From the sequence record SRR31156797_1360: DNA of 64,000 bases; one strand, given 5' to 3'. The notes beneath the pieces were generated by a model. It made no database searches. It was not told where the DNA came from and was given only the letters and a program-made list of their open reading frames with translations. The position numbers and the translations under genes were made by a program. Shown here one piece after another: positions 6,888 to 18,300 of this stretch; positions within the stretch are counted from its first letter, which is position 1, and every line of letters starts with the position of its first letter.

Positions 6888-8600
6888 TTATTTGCTTTCG
6901 TTTAAAGTTACCATTCCCGAGTAGTTAATTCTTTTGATGCCTGCACTTAAGAGTTGATTTTTGATCTGTTCGACCTTCTCATTTTTAAGTGGAGAATCCA
7001 GTACTCGTATTTCAGCTACTGTTTTGCCATTGTTCTGCATTAACGCTTTCACACGGTCAGTAATTTTATCGATTGAACAAGGCTTCTGGTTTATAAAAAT
7101 ACCTTTTGCTGATACAATTAACTGAATTGCACTTTTTGATGGAATTATGGCAGTGAAGGGTGCCATTCGAATTGGAATTCTCTCATCAATTTCTAATTTT
7201 TGATCCTCAGATAAATTAAAATAATCCTTCTTGAATAATTCCTGTGACTTCTCTGATCTTACTGCCAGATAAGCTTTACCAATGGTTTTCATACTATAGG
7301 CAACAGACTCTTTAGGAGTTCCTCTGTCAACCTGATAACTTATGGCAATTTGATTTACGGGTGCTGATGTACCATTGCTAAGTTTACTTGAAATGATTTC
7401 TGGATTAGCTCTACTCCAATAATCTTTGCCATTAAGAAAGGATTTGACAACCGCTTTTAACTCTTTTTTTGCCACTAACTCCCCATTAACAAGTAATGCG
7501 CCACGCTTGTTTTGCAAAATGGCTAACACATTTCTTTTTTTAATTGGTTTATTCTTCCAGCTTAGATCAGGTTTAGTGATAGGCTGATTGCCATAGAAAA
7601 TTCCTGCATTCAGATTGGCGATGTTGTCATATCTCCATTCGTTTAGCCAGTTTTCATTATCAGTTGCCTGAACAATTAGCTTTGGTAATGTATCTACCTT
7701 TTTATTGACTTCAGGATTCGCAAATGCTTGTAAAAGCAGAAATCCTGCAGGTAAAAAGAATAGTATTTTTGCAACGCTCCATCGTGAAATTTGTTTCTTT
7801 TTCATCATTTTTAATCGTTTTGAGATTGAACCTTGTTTGAAATGATTTGCTGAAGCAAAACGTCTTTTACCTACAGCTTTTTCTAAAATCAACAGTTGAT
7901 ATTGTGTTGCATCGATGCCTGTGTTGAGTACGGCCTGATCGGCCTGAAATTCATGAACCAGTTTTAATTCCTTTTTGAGTAACCATGCAAATGGATTGAA
8001 CCATTGCAGGTAACAAACCAGTTCTATAAAAACTACATCAATTGTATGATGTAATTTTAGATGTGCTTCTTCGTGAAGAAGAATAGGAGTTTTATTGTCT
8101 TGGTAATCTTCTTTGGAAAGTACGATGTATTTCCAAAACGAGAATGCCTGTATACTATCGTTTACAATTGCTAGCAAAATATCTTTATAGGGTTTTATTC
8201 TTGCTCTTTTTAGCCATTTAAAAATACTTTGGTAGGATATTAAAAATCGAAAACAAAGAACAGATAGAATAAACCAATAAAATAGAACAGACCAATTAAT
8301 TTGATATGAACTGTTATTTTCAATTACAGTAGCCGTAGGTGTGGAGTTGGTTACAACGGTTTCTATCAACGGCAATTCAATTAGCTCGCGAACATTTGCA
8401 ATTGCTTCAGAATCAATTTCCTTGGCAGAAACAAATTGAGCCAATATAGGAATTACAAAAGCGGCTCCAATTGATATCAGAAGTACCACTCTTTTGTAGG
8501 CATGTCCGCTATCCTTACTCAATAACAATTTGAATAGTAGGTAAACCAATGCCAAGCCTATGCCAGCTTTTATCATGTATGTAATGAAACTAAACATCAT
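6888..8600 (-). CDS. M56 (BlaR1/MecR1-like) metallopeptidase with ExbD-like C-terminal domains
   Basis: HEEAH zinc motif, WFNPFAW, HEFQAD, KRLKMM; ATGA overlap with blaI-like stop. Confidence 0.9.
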   Translation of the reverse strand: MMFSFITYMIKAGIGLALVYLLFKLLLSKDSGHAYKRVVLLISIGAAFVIPILAQFVSAKEIDSEAIANVRELIELPLIETVVTNSTPTATVIENNSSYQINWSVLFYWFILSVLCFRFLISYQSIFKWLKRARIKPYKDILLAIVNDSIQAFSFWKYIVLSKEDYQDNKTPILLHEEAHLKLHHTIDVVFIELVCYLQWFNPFAWLLKKELKLVHEFQADQAVLNTGIDATQYQLLILEKAVGKRRFASANHFKQGSISKRLKMMKKKQISRWSVAKILFFLPAGFLLLQAFANPEVNKKVDTLPKLIVQATDNENWLNEWRYDNIANLNAGIFYGNQPITKPDLSWKNKPIKKRNVLAILQNKRGALLVNGELVAKKELKAVVKSFLNGKDYWSRANPEIISSKLSNGTSAPVNQIAISYQVDRGTPKESVAYSMKTIGKAYLAVRSEKSQELFKKDYFNLSEDQKLEIDERIPIRMAPFTAIIPSKSAIQLIVSAKGIFINQKPCSIDKITDRVKALMQNNGKTVAEIRVLDSPLKNEKVEQIKNQLLSAGIKRINYSGMVTLNESK

Positions 8601-8965
8601 TTGTTTTCTTTATTACCCTCGATATCCTGAATTAACTTTTTAAGTTCATCAATCGACAACTTCTCTTCTTCAACAAACATTGACACTACGCGCTTGTAGG
8701 AGTTGTCGAAATATTTGTGTACCACTTTTCCCATGGTTTTCTTGCGATAATCCTCTTCACTAATCGAAGCAAAATAGCGATGAGTTTTCCCGAATGATTC
8801 ATGAGCAATAAAGGCTTTTTCCTCCAAGGCTCTTACCATAGTCGACAGAGTATTGTAATGTAGTTTCTGGTCAGGAAATATTTTTTGGAGTTCTTTGACG
8901 AACATGGGACCTTCCGACCAAAATAATTTCATAATTTCCTCTTCTTTTTGTGTTAACTTCTTCAT
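8597..8965 (-). CDS. BlaI/MecI/CopY family repressor (likely start MKKLT)
   Basis: LTQKEEEIMKLFW, HYNTLSTMVRALEEK, KYFDNS. Confidence 0.92.
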   Translation of the reverse strand: MKKLTQKEEEIMKLFWSEGPMFVKELQKIFPDQKLHYNTLSTMVRALEEKAFIAHESFGKTHRYFASISEEDYRKKTMGKVVHKYFDNSYKRVVSMFVEEEKLSIDELKKLIQDIEGNKENK

Positions 8966-8990
8966 GTCGCAATATATTTTAATCAAATAT

Positions 8991-9048
8991 AACTATAAAA
9001 TCTAGTTAAACAACTAAAATAATAGTTTTAAAACTAAAAAATGTAGTT
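8991..9048. promoter_or_regulatory. Three tandem AACTA-N6/7-TAGTT palindromes, probable BlaI operators
   Basis: Copies at 8991-9007, 9012-9027 and 9032-9048 immediately upstream of the repressor gene. Confidence 0.75.
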
Positions 9049-9260
9049 CGTTTAAGTGGATGCCAGCTGTAAGATGTTAGATATCTGTAGTAAAAGAAGA
9101 TTTCGAACTGCAATTTTTTTATTTTATCCAAAGTGTCTAAAGGGAATTTTTAATTTTACTCTATGTTTATTGTTGATCTGCCTATTTCAATTTGTATTTA
9201 TTAATCTCAGAATTCCTACATCTTTTTCTTCTTAAAAGTCTAAGGGCTTACTAATTTTTT

Positions 9261-9268
9261 TATATTTG
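9261..9268 (+). promoter_or_regulatory. Bacteroidota primary-sigma -7 box TATATTTG
   Basis: Matches TAnnTTTG about 70 nt upstream of the rhodanese ATG. Confidence 0.55.
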
Positions 9269-9336
9269 ATAGGGAATGCGGAGGGTTAATAAAATTTCCC
9301 TTCCATAGTTTTAAACCCAATTAAAAACTATCGAAT

Positions 9337-9690
9337 ATGAGTATATTTTCAAATAATGATAACGGCCCAAAAACAAGTTTTACAGCTCTTGAACTAATGG
9401 AGGAGTTGGATAAACGTGATGATATTTTGCTAATTGACATTCGTGAACCTCACGAATTGGCGAAGGATGGAATTGAAAATGCTATGCATGTTCCTATGGG
9501 TGAAATTCAAAATAAAATCCCAGGCTTACCTAAGGATAAGGATATTATTATTTTCTGTCACTTGGGATTCAGAAGCAAACAGGTAAGAAATTATCTTCGT
9601 AAGATTGGTTTCCACAAAGCGGCTCATTTAAAAGGTGGATTGTATAGCTGGAATCGTCAAATGAAAAAGATTAAGGCAGCAGCCTATTAA
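9337..9690 (+). CDS. Single-domain rhodanese-like protein
   Basis: LIDIREPHE, active loop FCHLGFRS, HLKGGLYSW. Confidence 0.92.
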   Translation: MSIFSNNDNGPKTSFTALELMEELDKRDDILLIDIREPHELAKDGIENAMHVPMGEIQNKIPGLPKDKDIIIFCHLGFRSKQVRNYLRKIGFHKAAHLKGGLYSWNRQMKKIKAAAY

Positions 9691-9701
9691 AGCATAAAAG
9701 T

Positions 9702-9731
9702 AAAGCTCAATAATTTAATTTATTGAGCTTT
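9702..9731. terminator. Bidirectional terminator
   Basis: AAAGCTCAATAA...TTATTGAGCTTT. Confidence 0.8.
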
Positions 9732-9755
9732 ATTTATTCTATATCCACTGTTGAT

Positions 9756-10463
9756 TTACACAAACTTTTCCCTACGTTGCATATTGATTAAACTCCACAA
9801 TACGCAAATAACCGATCCTATCATCAGCATCATTCTATTTTGGTAAAGAACGTTTTGCCAAATGCTGTAACTCATATCGCCCGGAACATCGAAAGGATTT
9901 AAGAAAATATTCCATTTACTATTTTCAAGAGGTTCCGCCAGGATCAAAAAGATTAATCCGATAATGACCATGATTACCGCTGCACCACTGGCATTTTTTA
10001 CCAGCGAAGCCAATAGAAAAGCCAAACTTGCCAAAAATAATAGGCAATACATCAGTTCATATACCATGTGAAAAACAGGTATTTTTATCACAACAAATAC
10101 CGTTATCCATGACATTAGACACATAATGGCAAATAGTAGTAGTATGCTTAAAATAAAGCGTACCAAATAGACTTTATACCTGTAATTGGGAATTCCGAAT
10201 ATGATTTCGAGCATTCGGGTATCCTTGTCGCTTTGTATGTTGTAAATTACCGGATAGAAGAGTATTAGTATACCTGGGAAAATTAAAGTTCCGTAGATGT
10301 CTGCCTCTTCAGGACTGGTATCGTTGAATAGCATGATGCCCAATACCATCAGGAAGAATGCAAATGCAGCTATCAGGAAGTATATGAACTTGTTCGCAAA
10401 AATGATTTTTACATTGTAGCGAACAAAGTCGGTTAGTAGTTTAAATTGTTCTATTGCTTTCAT
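9756..10463 (-). CDS. Six-TM membrane protein, ABC-2 permease-like
   Basis: Six hydrophobic helices, coupling-helix-like DKDTRMLEIIFGIP, last gene of the transport operon. Confidence 0.65.
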   Translation of the reverse strand: MKAIEQFKLLTDFVRYNVKIIFANKFIYFLIAAFAFFLMVLGIMLFNDTSPEEADIYGTLIFPGILILFYPVIYNIQSDKDTRMLEIIFGIPNYRYKVYLVRFILSILLLFAIMCLMSWITVFVVIKIPVFHMVYELMYCLLFLASLAFLLASLVKNASGAAVIMVIIGLIFLILAEPLENSKWNIFLNPFDVPGDMSYSIWQNVLYQNRMMLMIGSVICVLWSLINMQRREKFV

Positions 10464-10506
10464 ACATTTTTATTATTCCTCCAGATAAATCTGGAGTCAA
10501 TTGATA

Positions 10507-13500
10507 TTATGCATTAACCATTGTTATTTTTTTCTCATCTGAATCGTTCAGCAAGCACAGGTAGGCATCTTCGAGATTGGCTTTGGTGTGTACTGCATCG
10601 TATCCCGGATTTTCGTCTGACAGGCAACGAACACGAATCGTATCCTTATCGCGCATGTGATGAATGATAACATGTTCGGTTTTCAATTGCTCAAATTCTT
10701 CAGGCGATACATTCAGCATCCAAACTTTCTGATCGGCAATTCCTGCCATATGAACAGGCTCGCCCAGATATTTTAAGTCTCCCTTTTTCATTACGGCAAC
10801 TCGGTTACACGAGCTGGCTACATCTTCGATAATGTGAGTTGAAAAAATCACAATTCTATCCTGACTCAATTCAACCAATAAGTTTCTAAAGCGGATTCTT
10901 TCGCGAGGATCCAATCCTGCTGTTGGTTCATCTACCACCAATATTCTTGGCAAGTGAAGGAGTATTTGTGCAATACCTATCCTCTGTTTCATACCTCCTG
11001 AGAAGGAACCAATTTTCTCATCTTTCTGATCGAGCATGTGAACAGCTTTTAGCACATATTCTACACGTTCTTTTCTGATCTTATTGTCCTTTAGGTTTTT
11101 CAGAATTCCCATATAGTTTAAGAAATCCCAGGCACTCATGTTTTCGTACATGCCAAATTCCTGAGGCAGATAGCCTATCAATCCCTGCAATTCTTCACGT
11201 TTCTCACGAACATCTATTCCGTTAATGGTAATCTGTCCGTAACTCTGTTCCAAGATTCCACAGATTACTCTCATCAGAGTAGATTTACCAGCACCATTTG
11301 GTCCCAATAATCCGAACATACCGTTTCCGATATCAAATGAAACTCCTTTAACTGCTTTAAACGGAACTTTCTTTTTACCGATAATTGGGATAATCAGCAC
11401 AAAGCGATAAAAGAATTTGCGCAAACCACTAAACGATCCTTTTAAGCGGTTAATGTTGATATTTTCGCGATAAATTTTATTCGAAGTCACCTTAATTTGT
11501 AAGGCTAAATACCAAATGATTCCTACAGGTATCAATAATCCCACCAATTGATATTTTTGGTAGAAATAGACGAATAATATCAGTGGAAATGCCCAATAAA
11601 TTGTTCTGTGTAGAACGAATATCATTACACGACCAATTTTTCCTTTTTTTCGTTCTTGTAGATTTTTACGATACTCCATAATTGGAGCCATAAAGTACAA
11701 GAGCATAATCTGGAAAAGTATGGATAGAAACAGCATCCAATATTCGTTTTCGAGATGATAGTAGTTAAAGAACACCACAAACGCTATTAATGGCAGCTGC
11801 CATATTAGAGTCACAAAATCTTTAAATGTATTGTATGATTCTTTTAAACCCAATCGTTCCCGAATTTTTAATCCTGATTTCCACTCACGAGTAAAACGCC
11901 CGTCCCAATCGTAAATTTTCACCAAATTTCTAATTTCGATATGCAATGGTTCGTCGGCAGCAATTAACTCTTCGTTGGCTTTTCTTAAACCAGCCTGAAC
12001 AAAGTAAGTGCATGCCGGAACCGAGATCAACAATACCAGAAAATCGATAATTTGCCATATTTTACTGTCTACCTCGGTGTAAATGAAATAAGCTCCGGCT
12101 ACCCATGCAATAATTTGTATTGCTTTAACCCAAACTTCCTGACTTTGCATCCAGTTTAAACTGGTTCGCAATCCGGCATATAAGGTTGGAATGAATACCA
12201 AAGTTAAAACTGTACTTAAACTTAAGCCTCCAATAACGGTAATGGCAAAAGGAACACCAATTTGGGTAACGTATTCAGCGCGTCCCAATGCTAGTGGCAT
12301 TAGTGCAATAATGGTAGTAATTGCAGTAATCAAAATCGGACGAATACGAGCCAATCCAGCCATCATTAATGCACGAGATTCACGATATCCTCGTTTTTGC
12401 AATACGTTGGAATAATCAATCATAATAATTCCGTTGTTGACTACAATTCCCAGTAGAATGATTAAGCCCGTAAATACATTTGCATTCATTAAAGAGGTTC
12501 CGGTTACAATTAGTGCAAGCAATGAACCAATAGCTGCCATAGGTATGGAAAACATCATTACAATTGGCATGGTAAAGGATTCGAATACTGAGGCAAGAAT
12601 CATAAAAATCAGAACAATTGCCATGAGCATTAAAAAGCTGAACTCTCCAAGAGTATTGTCTTCATGAATGATTTCAACTGCAATTCCCGATGGCAATGTC
12701 ATTCGCTCGACTATTTCGTCAACATCAACTCTTCCGGCGGTAAGCAGATCTTTTTCATCATTAACTTCATCCAGAAAGCTGTATTGAACTTCCAGTTGTT
12801 TTTCCTGATTGGTTCTTTTAATAGTTGACAATCCATCAGTGAAATTGAGCTTACTGATGGATTGCAATTCGAACTCAGCACCCTGGCTGCCACGAATTGT
12901 TAACTGTCGTAAATCCTTGGCGTCTCTGGTTTCTTGTTCTGTATCGTTAATGGTTTTTATAATGATATCGTACTCTTCAATTCCATCTTTAAAGGTTGCT
13001 CCACTGGCAAATTCTTTTTGAAAGGAATTCAATTCCGATAAAACAGAGCTAACAGGAATATCATACAAAGCCATAACTTGCTTGTCGAGTTCCAGTAGCA
13101 ATTCCGGTCTTTTGGCAGGAATCCTAACGTTCACATTTTTAATTGAACTCAACTGGCTTAGATAATATTCCAAATCCTCGGACAGATCCAGCATCTTATC
13201 AAAATCCTGTCCTTTAATTACCAATTTCTCTTGTTGTGTTCCAATTCCCAGCATCTCCATAAATGGATTGTCGCCACCGAAATTACCTCCGCCACCGCCA
13301 AATCGGCGACCTTGTGCAGGAGGTTCCCAGCTAAATGATGCTTTTGGTAAATCGTCTAAACGCTCCAGAATATTTTGCTTGATCCCAGGAACTGATAAAT
13401 TTTGCTTCTCGCGATAATCATCAATCAAGGAAATCGTAAGCACTGCTTCTTCTTCGTAAACCTGACTTGTAATGTCTTTTTTCTCTTCGAGAGATTCCAG

Positions 13501-15246
13501 TTTTCCTTCGACCTCTCGAATAAACAGATCGGTATTTTTAAGAGTTGTTCCCCCTGGAAGGGTTACATACAATTTCAGATCTTTGGTCTCAGTCTCTTCT
13601 GTAGATATAAAACTCAATCCTAAACTGATCAGTAAGGTGATAAAGAACAATCCCAGTGCGCCCAAAATGGTTCTTCCTGGATGACGCATACAAGACTTTA
13701 GCATCACCAAATAAATCTGAACCAAACGATTGTGATAGGAGATGTTCTCGAAATTAACTGTGCGAATGCCACCTTTTCTCTTCAGAAAACTATGGGTAAT
13801 CATTGGAATTAGTAGAAGAGCAACAACAAGCGAAACCAATAGGGTGGAGATAATGGAAACACCAATGTGCTTGCCCATTAATCCAATTAAGAAATTGGAT
13901 GAAAAGGTAAAGGGAAGGAATACAGTAATTGTTGTAAGCGTTGCCGCAAATATCGATCTCCAAACTTCACGAGTTCCTTGAATTACCGCTGTGTCGGGAT
14001 CTTTCTTTTGAGCCGCGAGTCGATATATGTTTTCGAGAACTACAATACTATTATCCAGAAGCATCCCAATTGCTAATGCCATTCCCAAAAGAGTAAGCGT
14101 GTTTACACTAATACCATAGGCATAAAAGAAATTGAAAGCGGTATAAACCGATATCGGAATCGCCAGGGCAATAGCAGCCACCAAGCGGATGTTTTTAAGG
14201 AATATCCACAATATGAAAATAGCTAAAACACCGCCAACCAATGCCAGTTCGATAATTAAATCGATATTGGTTTCCATGGTTTCAGCCATATTGGTTTGCA
14301 CCACAATTTCAATATCCTTGCCTTTCAGTTCTTCATTTAATTCCTCAATTTTTTCGAGGGTAATTGCCGATAATTTAATAATGTTCGATTGAGCATCCCT
14401 GGTTACCTGCATGGTAACAGCTTCCTTACCATTTACACGGCTGTATGATGTTTGCTCCTTAACACCAAAACTAATGTAGGCGATATCTTTTAATCTGATA
14501 TCTCCCTGTTTTTTCACAACAAGTTCATGCAATTCTTTAATATCGGTATACTCCGATACCACATTTACAAAGTGTATTTTGTCGTTTTCGATTACCTTGC
14601 CGGCAAATGTTCTGGAGTTACTGTTCTGGTTTAGTACCGACCTTACCTCTGATGGACTAATGCCATAACTTTTGCAAATATCATCGCGAAGCAATATTTC
14701 TATCGACTTTTCGCGACCTCCAAAAACAGCAGCATTTGCAATCCCTTCTATATTTTGGAACTTATCCAGAATTTCATTTTCGGTAATTTGTCGCACTCTG
14801 TCAACACCTCCACTTCCACGTACCTGAACGGTCATGAACATGTTGTTGAGTTGCTCCATATCAAATTTTAAAACTTGTACTTGAAATTCTGCCGGCAGAT
14901 CTTTCTTTACCTCTTCAACCTTTTCGGCAAGCTTTAAATAGGCATATTTGATATTGGTTCCCTGTTCGAAGGAAATTTCAATACTTCCACGTTGCTGTCC
15001 TGCTGTTGAGGAAATTTTCTCAACTCCTTCCAAACTTCCTGCTACTCCTTCTAAAGGGATAATTGCCTGACTCTCCATATAGCGAGGATCAACCTCTATG
15101 CCTGTTCCAACCTGAACAAAAAGCATGGGAAGATTGGCATTAGGAATCAACTCAACGGGCAACTGCTTGTAAGAGAAATACCCCAACATGCTTAAACCCG
15201 TGAAGAGCATTGCAATTAAAACCTTTCTTTTTATGATGAAATTCAT
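10507..15246 (-). CDS. RND (AcrB/HAE1-like) permease fused to extra TM helices and a C-terminal ABC ATPase (likely start MNFIIKRK, 1579 aa)
   Basis: RND motifs GMLLDNSIVVLENIYR and RIRPILITAITT; in-frame Walker A GPNGAGKST, LPQ, FSGGMKQR, ILVVDEP, STH. Confidence 0.92.
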   Translation of the reverse strand: MNFIIKRKVLIAMLFTGLSMLGYFSYKQLPVELIPNANLPMLFVQVGTGIEVDPRYMESQAIIPLEGVAGSLEGVEKISSTAGQQRGSIEISFEQGTNIKYAYLKLAEKVEEVKKDLPAEFQVQVLKFDMEQLNNMFMTVQVRGSGGVDRVRQITENEILDKFQNIEGIANAAVFGGREKSIEILLRDDICKSYGISPSEVRSVLNQNSNSRTFAGKVIENDKIHFVNVVSEYTDIKELHELVVKKQGDIRLKDIAYISFGVKEQTSYSRVNGKEAVTMQVTRDAQSNIIKLSAITLEKIEELNEELKGKDIEIVVQTNMAETMETNIDLIIELALVGGVLAIFILWIFLKNIRLVAAIALAIPISVYTAFNFFYAYGISVNTLTLLGMALAIGMLLDNSIVVLENIYRLAAQKKDPDTAVIQGTREVWRSIFAATLTTITVFLPFTFSSNFLIGLMGKHIGVSIISTLLVSLVVALLLIPMITHSFLKRKGGIRTVNFENISYHNRLVQIYLVMLKSCMRHPGRTILGALGLFFITLLISLGLSFISTEETETKDLKLYVTLPGGTTLKNTDLFIREVEGKLESLEEKKDITSQVYEEEAVLTISLIDDYREKQNLSVPGIKQNILERLDDLPKASFSWEPPAQGRRFGGGGGNFGGDNPFMEMLGIGTQQEKLVIKGQDFDKMLDLSEDLEYYLSQLSSIKNVNVRIPAKRPELLLELDKQVMALYDIPVSSVLSELNSFQKEFASGATFKDGIEEYDIIIKTINDTEQETRDAKDLRQLTIRGSQGAEFELQSISKLNFTDGLSTIKRTNQEKQLEVQYSFLDEVNDEKDLLTAGRVDVDEIVERMTLPSGIAVEIIHEDNTLGEFSFLMLMAIVLIFMILASVFESFTMPIVMMFSIPMAAIGSLLALIVTGTSLMNANVFTGLIILLGIVVNNGIIMIDYSNVLQKRGYRESRALMMAGLARIRPILITAITTIIALMPLALGRAEYVTQIGVPFAITVIGGLSLSTVLTLVFIPTLYAGLRTSLNWMQSQEVWVKAIQIIAWVAGAYFIYTEVDSKIWQIIDFLVLLISVPACTYFVQAGLRKANEELIAADEPLHIEIRNLVKIYDWDGRFTREWKSGLKIRERLGLKESYNTFKDFVTLIWQLPLIAFVVFFNYYHLENEYWMLFLSILFQIMLLYFMAPIMEYRKNLQERKKGKIGRVMIFVLHRTIYWAFPLILFVYFYQKYQLVGLLIPVGIIWYLALQIKVTSNKIYRENININRLKGSFSGLRKFFYRFVLIIPIIGKKKVPFKAVKGVSFDIGNGMFGLLGPNGAGKSTLMRVICGILEQSYGQITINGIDVREKREELQGLIGYLPQEFGMYENMSAWDFLNYMGILKNLKDNKIRKERVEYVLKAVHMLDQKDEKIGSFSGGMKQRIGIAQILLHLPRILVVDEPTAGLDPRERIRFRNLLVELSQDRIVIFSTHIIEDVASSCNRVAVMKKGDLKYLGEPVHMAGIADQKVWMLNVSPEEFEQLKTEHVIIHHMRDKDTIRVRCLSDENPGYDAVHTKANLEDAYLCLLNDSDEKKITMVNA

Positions 15247-15310
15247 ATAATCTAAGCTTAAAGCCTGTAGCCTTTGGCTGTTTGGCTTGTTACTGTTTGC
15301 TGATATCTGT

Positions 15311-18300
15311 TTACTCTTTTGTGTAGTTAAGCCTTTCCTTTCTTGATTCAAGGAAAAAAGTTTGCACTCTATCGAAAGCATAGTATACACACGGTATTAC
15401 AACCAATGTAAGTAAGGTGGAAGTCACCAAACCAGCAATAACTGCAATCGCCATAGGTGCTCGTAAAGCAGCACTCTCTCCAAAACCAATGGTTAAAGGA
15501 AGTAAGGCTAATATGGTCGTAATACTTGTCATGATGATTGGGCGAATTCTATTTTCTCCTGCCATCACAATTGAATCTTTAAGAGAATTGCCTTGTTGCT
15601 TGAACTGATTGATAGCATCAACCAGAATAATAGAATCGTTTACAGCAATACCTCCCAGCATAATAATACCAATGTAAGCCATGATATTCATTGGAATTCC
15701 CAATATAAAGAATGCCCAAACAGCTCCAACTCCAGCCAAAGGAATGGTTAGTAAAATGGTAAACGGATGGATTAAAGATTCAAACTGAGAAGCCATAACC
15801 ATGTAGACCAAAATGATGGATAGCATTAATGCAAAACTAAGATTTGAAAGTGCTTCCTGTCTTTTTTGTTCTTCTCCAATCAAGCTTACCTGATAACCTT
15901 GTGGCAACTCAACATTTGCCAACTTGCCGTTGATTTTTCCGATGACCTGATCAAAAGCAGCATCTCCCTGAATATCGGCGCTAATTTTACCGATTCGTGT
16001 TTGATTTCTTCTCAACATTTGCTTTGGAGAAGAAGATTTTTTAATGTTCGCCACTTCGTAAAGAGGAATTTCAGCATCACCACTTTTCAATAAAAGGGTA
16101 TTCAATTCAGATAAACCTGGTTCAGGCATGTGAATGCTAATGTCATTCATTTCCCCACCTTTTTCAAACTTCCCGGCATTTTTTCCCATCAACATATCTT
16201 GTAATTGACCGGTAATGGCATCAGTTGAAAGATTGAAAATTCCAGCTTTATAACGATCGATAATTACATCTATTTCAGGAGCTCCTTCTTCTATATTGGT
16301 TTTTACATTTGCCAAATCAGGAACCTGAACCAATTGGGCTTTAATTTCATTGGAAAGTCTTTCCAATATCTCAATATCTTTCCCTTTTACTTCTACCTCA
16401 ATTGGAGCATTTTCGGTTCCAATGGTCGACTGAAGTGCGGTTTCATCTCGAATAATTGAAATTTCAGCATTTGGAATATCGCTAAGCAGAATTCCTACAT
16501 TTTTAAGAATACTTTCCGATTGAGCTATATATTCATCTTTCAAGCGAATTTTAATATTGGCGGTATTTTCATTTTGGAAAACTGCCTTGTCAGAATTACT
16601 GCCACTACCCGGTCCAACCTGAGTATAAATATTGGCAATTTGGTCGCCCATAGATTGACGAAGCATAGATTCCACAGCTTCAACAGTTTGAGATGTTCTA
16701 TCTAGCTGTGTTCCTTCTTTTAATTCAATATCCAAACTAAATTCTCCAACACCACTCTTTGGTAGATATTCATTTCCAACATAAGGAAGAATTAATCCGG
16801 TAAGAACTATTAACACACAAGCTCCACCAATTACCAAACTTCTTCGGTTCAAAAGTGTGGTAAGTAGGTCTCCATACCATCCTATTTTTACGGATTTGAA
16901 TTCTATTTTTTTCTTTTTCCCTTTGTATGCATAATTGAATAGCATCGGAATAACCAGAATCGCAACAAAAAGGGAAGCAATCAAGGAAAATGCAACAGTC
17001 CAAGCCTGATCTTTAAACAAAGCGCCTGATGCTCCATGCAAATAAACGATTGGTAAGAAAACAACAATTGTTGTTAGGGTTGAGGCAACAATGGCACCTC
17101 CAACTTCTGATGTTCCTTCAATGGCTGCATCCTTTACGGATAAGCCCATTTCCATTTTGCGGAAAATATTTTCAATTACCACAATGGCATTATCAACCAG
17201 CATACCAGCACCCAAAGCCAGTCCGCCCAAAGTCATAATATTTAGACTTAGACCATTAAAGTACATCAGATTGAATGTGGCAATAATGGAGATTGGAATG
17301 GCAAAACTTACGATTGCAGTTACTTTCATTCTTCTTAAAAAGACAAACAGAACAAGTATTGCAATCAACACACCAATAAGTGCGGTTTCTTCCACTTCAT
17401 CAATTGCTTTTTGAATGAATTTGCCTTGATTTTGCACTACGATGAATTGATAACCAGGCAATGCTTTTTTAATGGAAGTCATTGTCTTCTCGAAATCCTC
17501 TACTGCTTTTACCGTATTCGATCCTGTTTCTTTGTATATGGATAAGCCTACACATCTTTCGCCATTAATTCGAACCAGATTTTGAGCCTTTTTAGGAGCA
17601 AAACTAACCTTAGCAACATCCTTCAGTAAGATTGGAACCCTGTTTTTAATCGATGCCTGTTGACTGTTCGTTTGATTTGCTGAAGTTGCAGGATTCGCAG
17701 TTGACTGTTTTATACCGACAATCACATTTTCTATCTCTTCAACATTTCGAATTAAACCAGATCCTTTGATGATGTATTTCGTTCCCATCTCAACAATGCT
17801 TCCTCCGGAAACATTCTGGTTCAGGTTTTGAATTTTTTGTACAATTTCATCTACGGTAATATTGTGAGCATCCAAAAGGTACTGATTTGTTTCAATTCGA
17901 ATTTCTTTTTCCTGAGTACCTGTTAGTTCAACTTCTGCAATCCCTTCCAAACGAATCAACTCGTTGCGAATATAGTTTTCACCCACTTTTCGCAATTCAT
18001 CCATGTCTTTAATTTCCGGATGAAGCATCCCTAGAATTAGAATTGGCGAAGCATTTGGATCATGCTGAGTAATGGTGAATTCATCTATCTCAGCATCCTG
18101 GCTATATGTGGTTAATGCTTTCTGTAAATCGAGAAATGCTTCATCCATATCGCTACCCCAGGTGTACTCAACTGTTACTCTCGCCGAACCTACCATACAA
18201 ACCGACGACACTTGACTAACACCTTTCTGACGAATGGACTGTGCTTCTATACTTTCAATAAATTGCTTCTCTATTTCTTCGGGTGGACGTTCTCCTGCTT

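Noticed and set aside
10507-15246. Fusion as a simple lost-stop artefact
   Set aside because: The NBD's first strand precedes an internal membrane insert, which is not what joining two ordinary genes would give; still needs homolog confirmation
15247-15390. Extended N-terminus of the RND-ABC fusion given by the ORF track
   Set aside because: Overlaps the upstream RND gene and looks non-coding; MNFIIKRK matches a normal RND start
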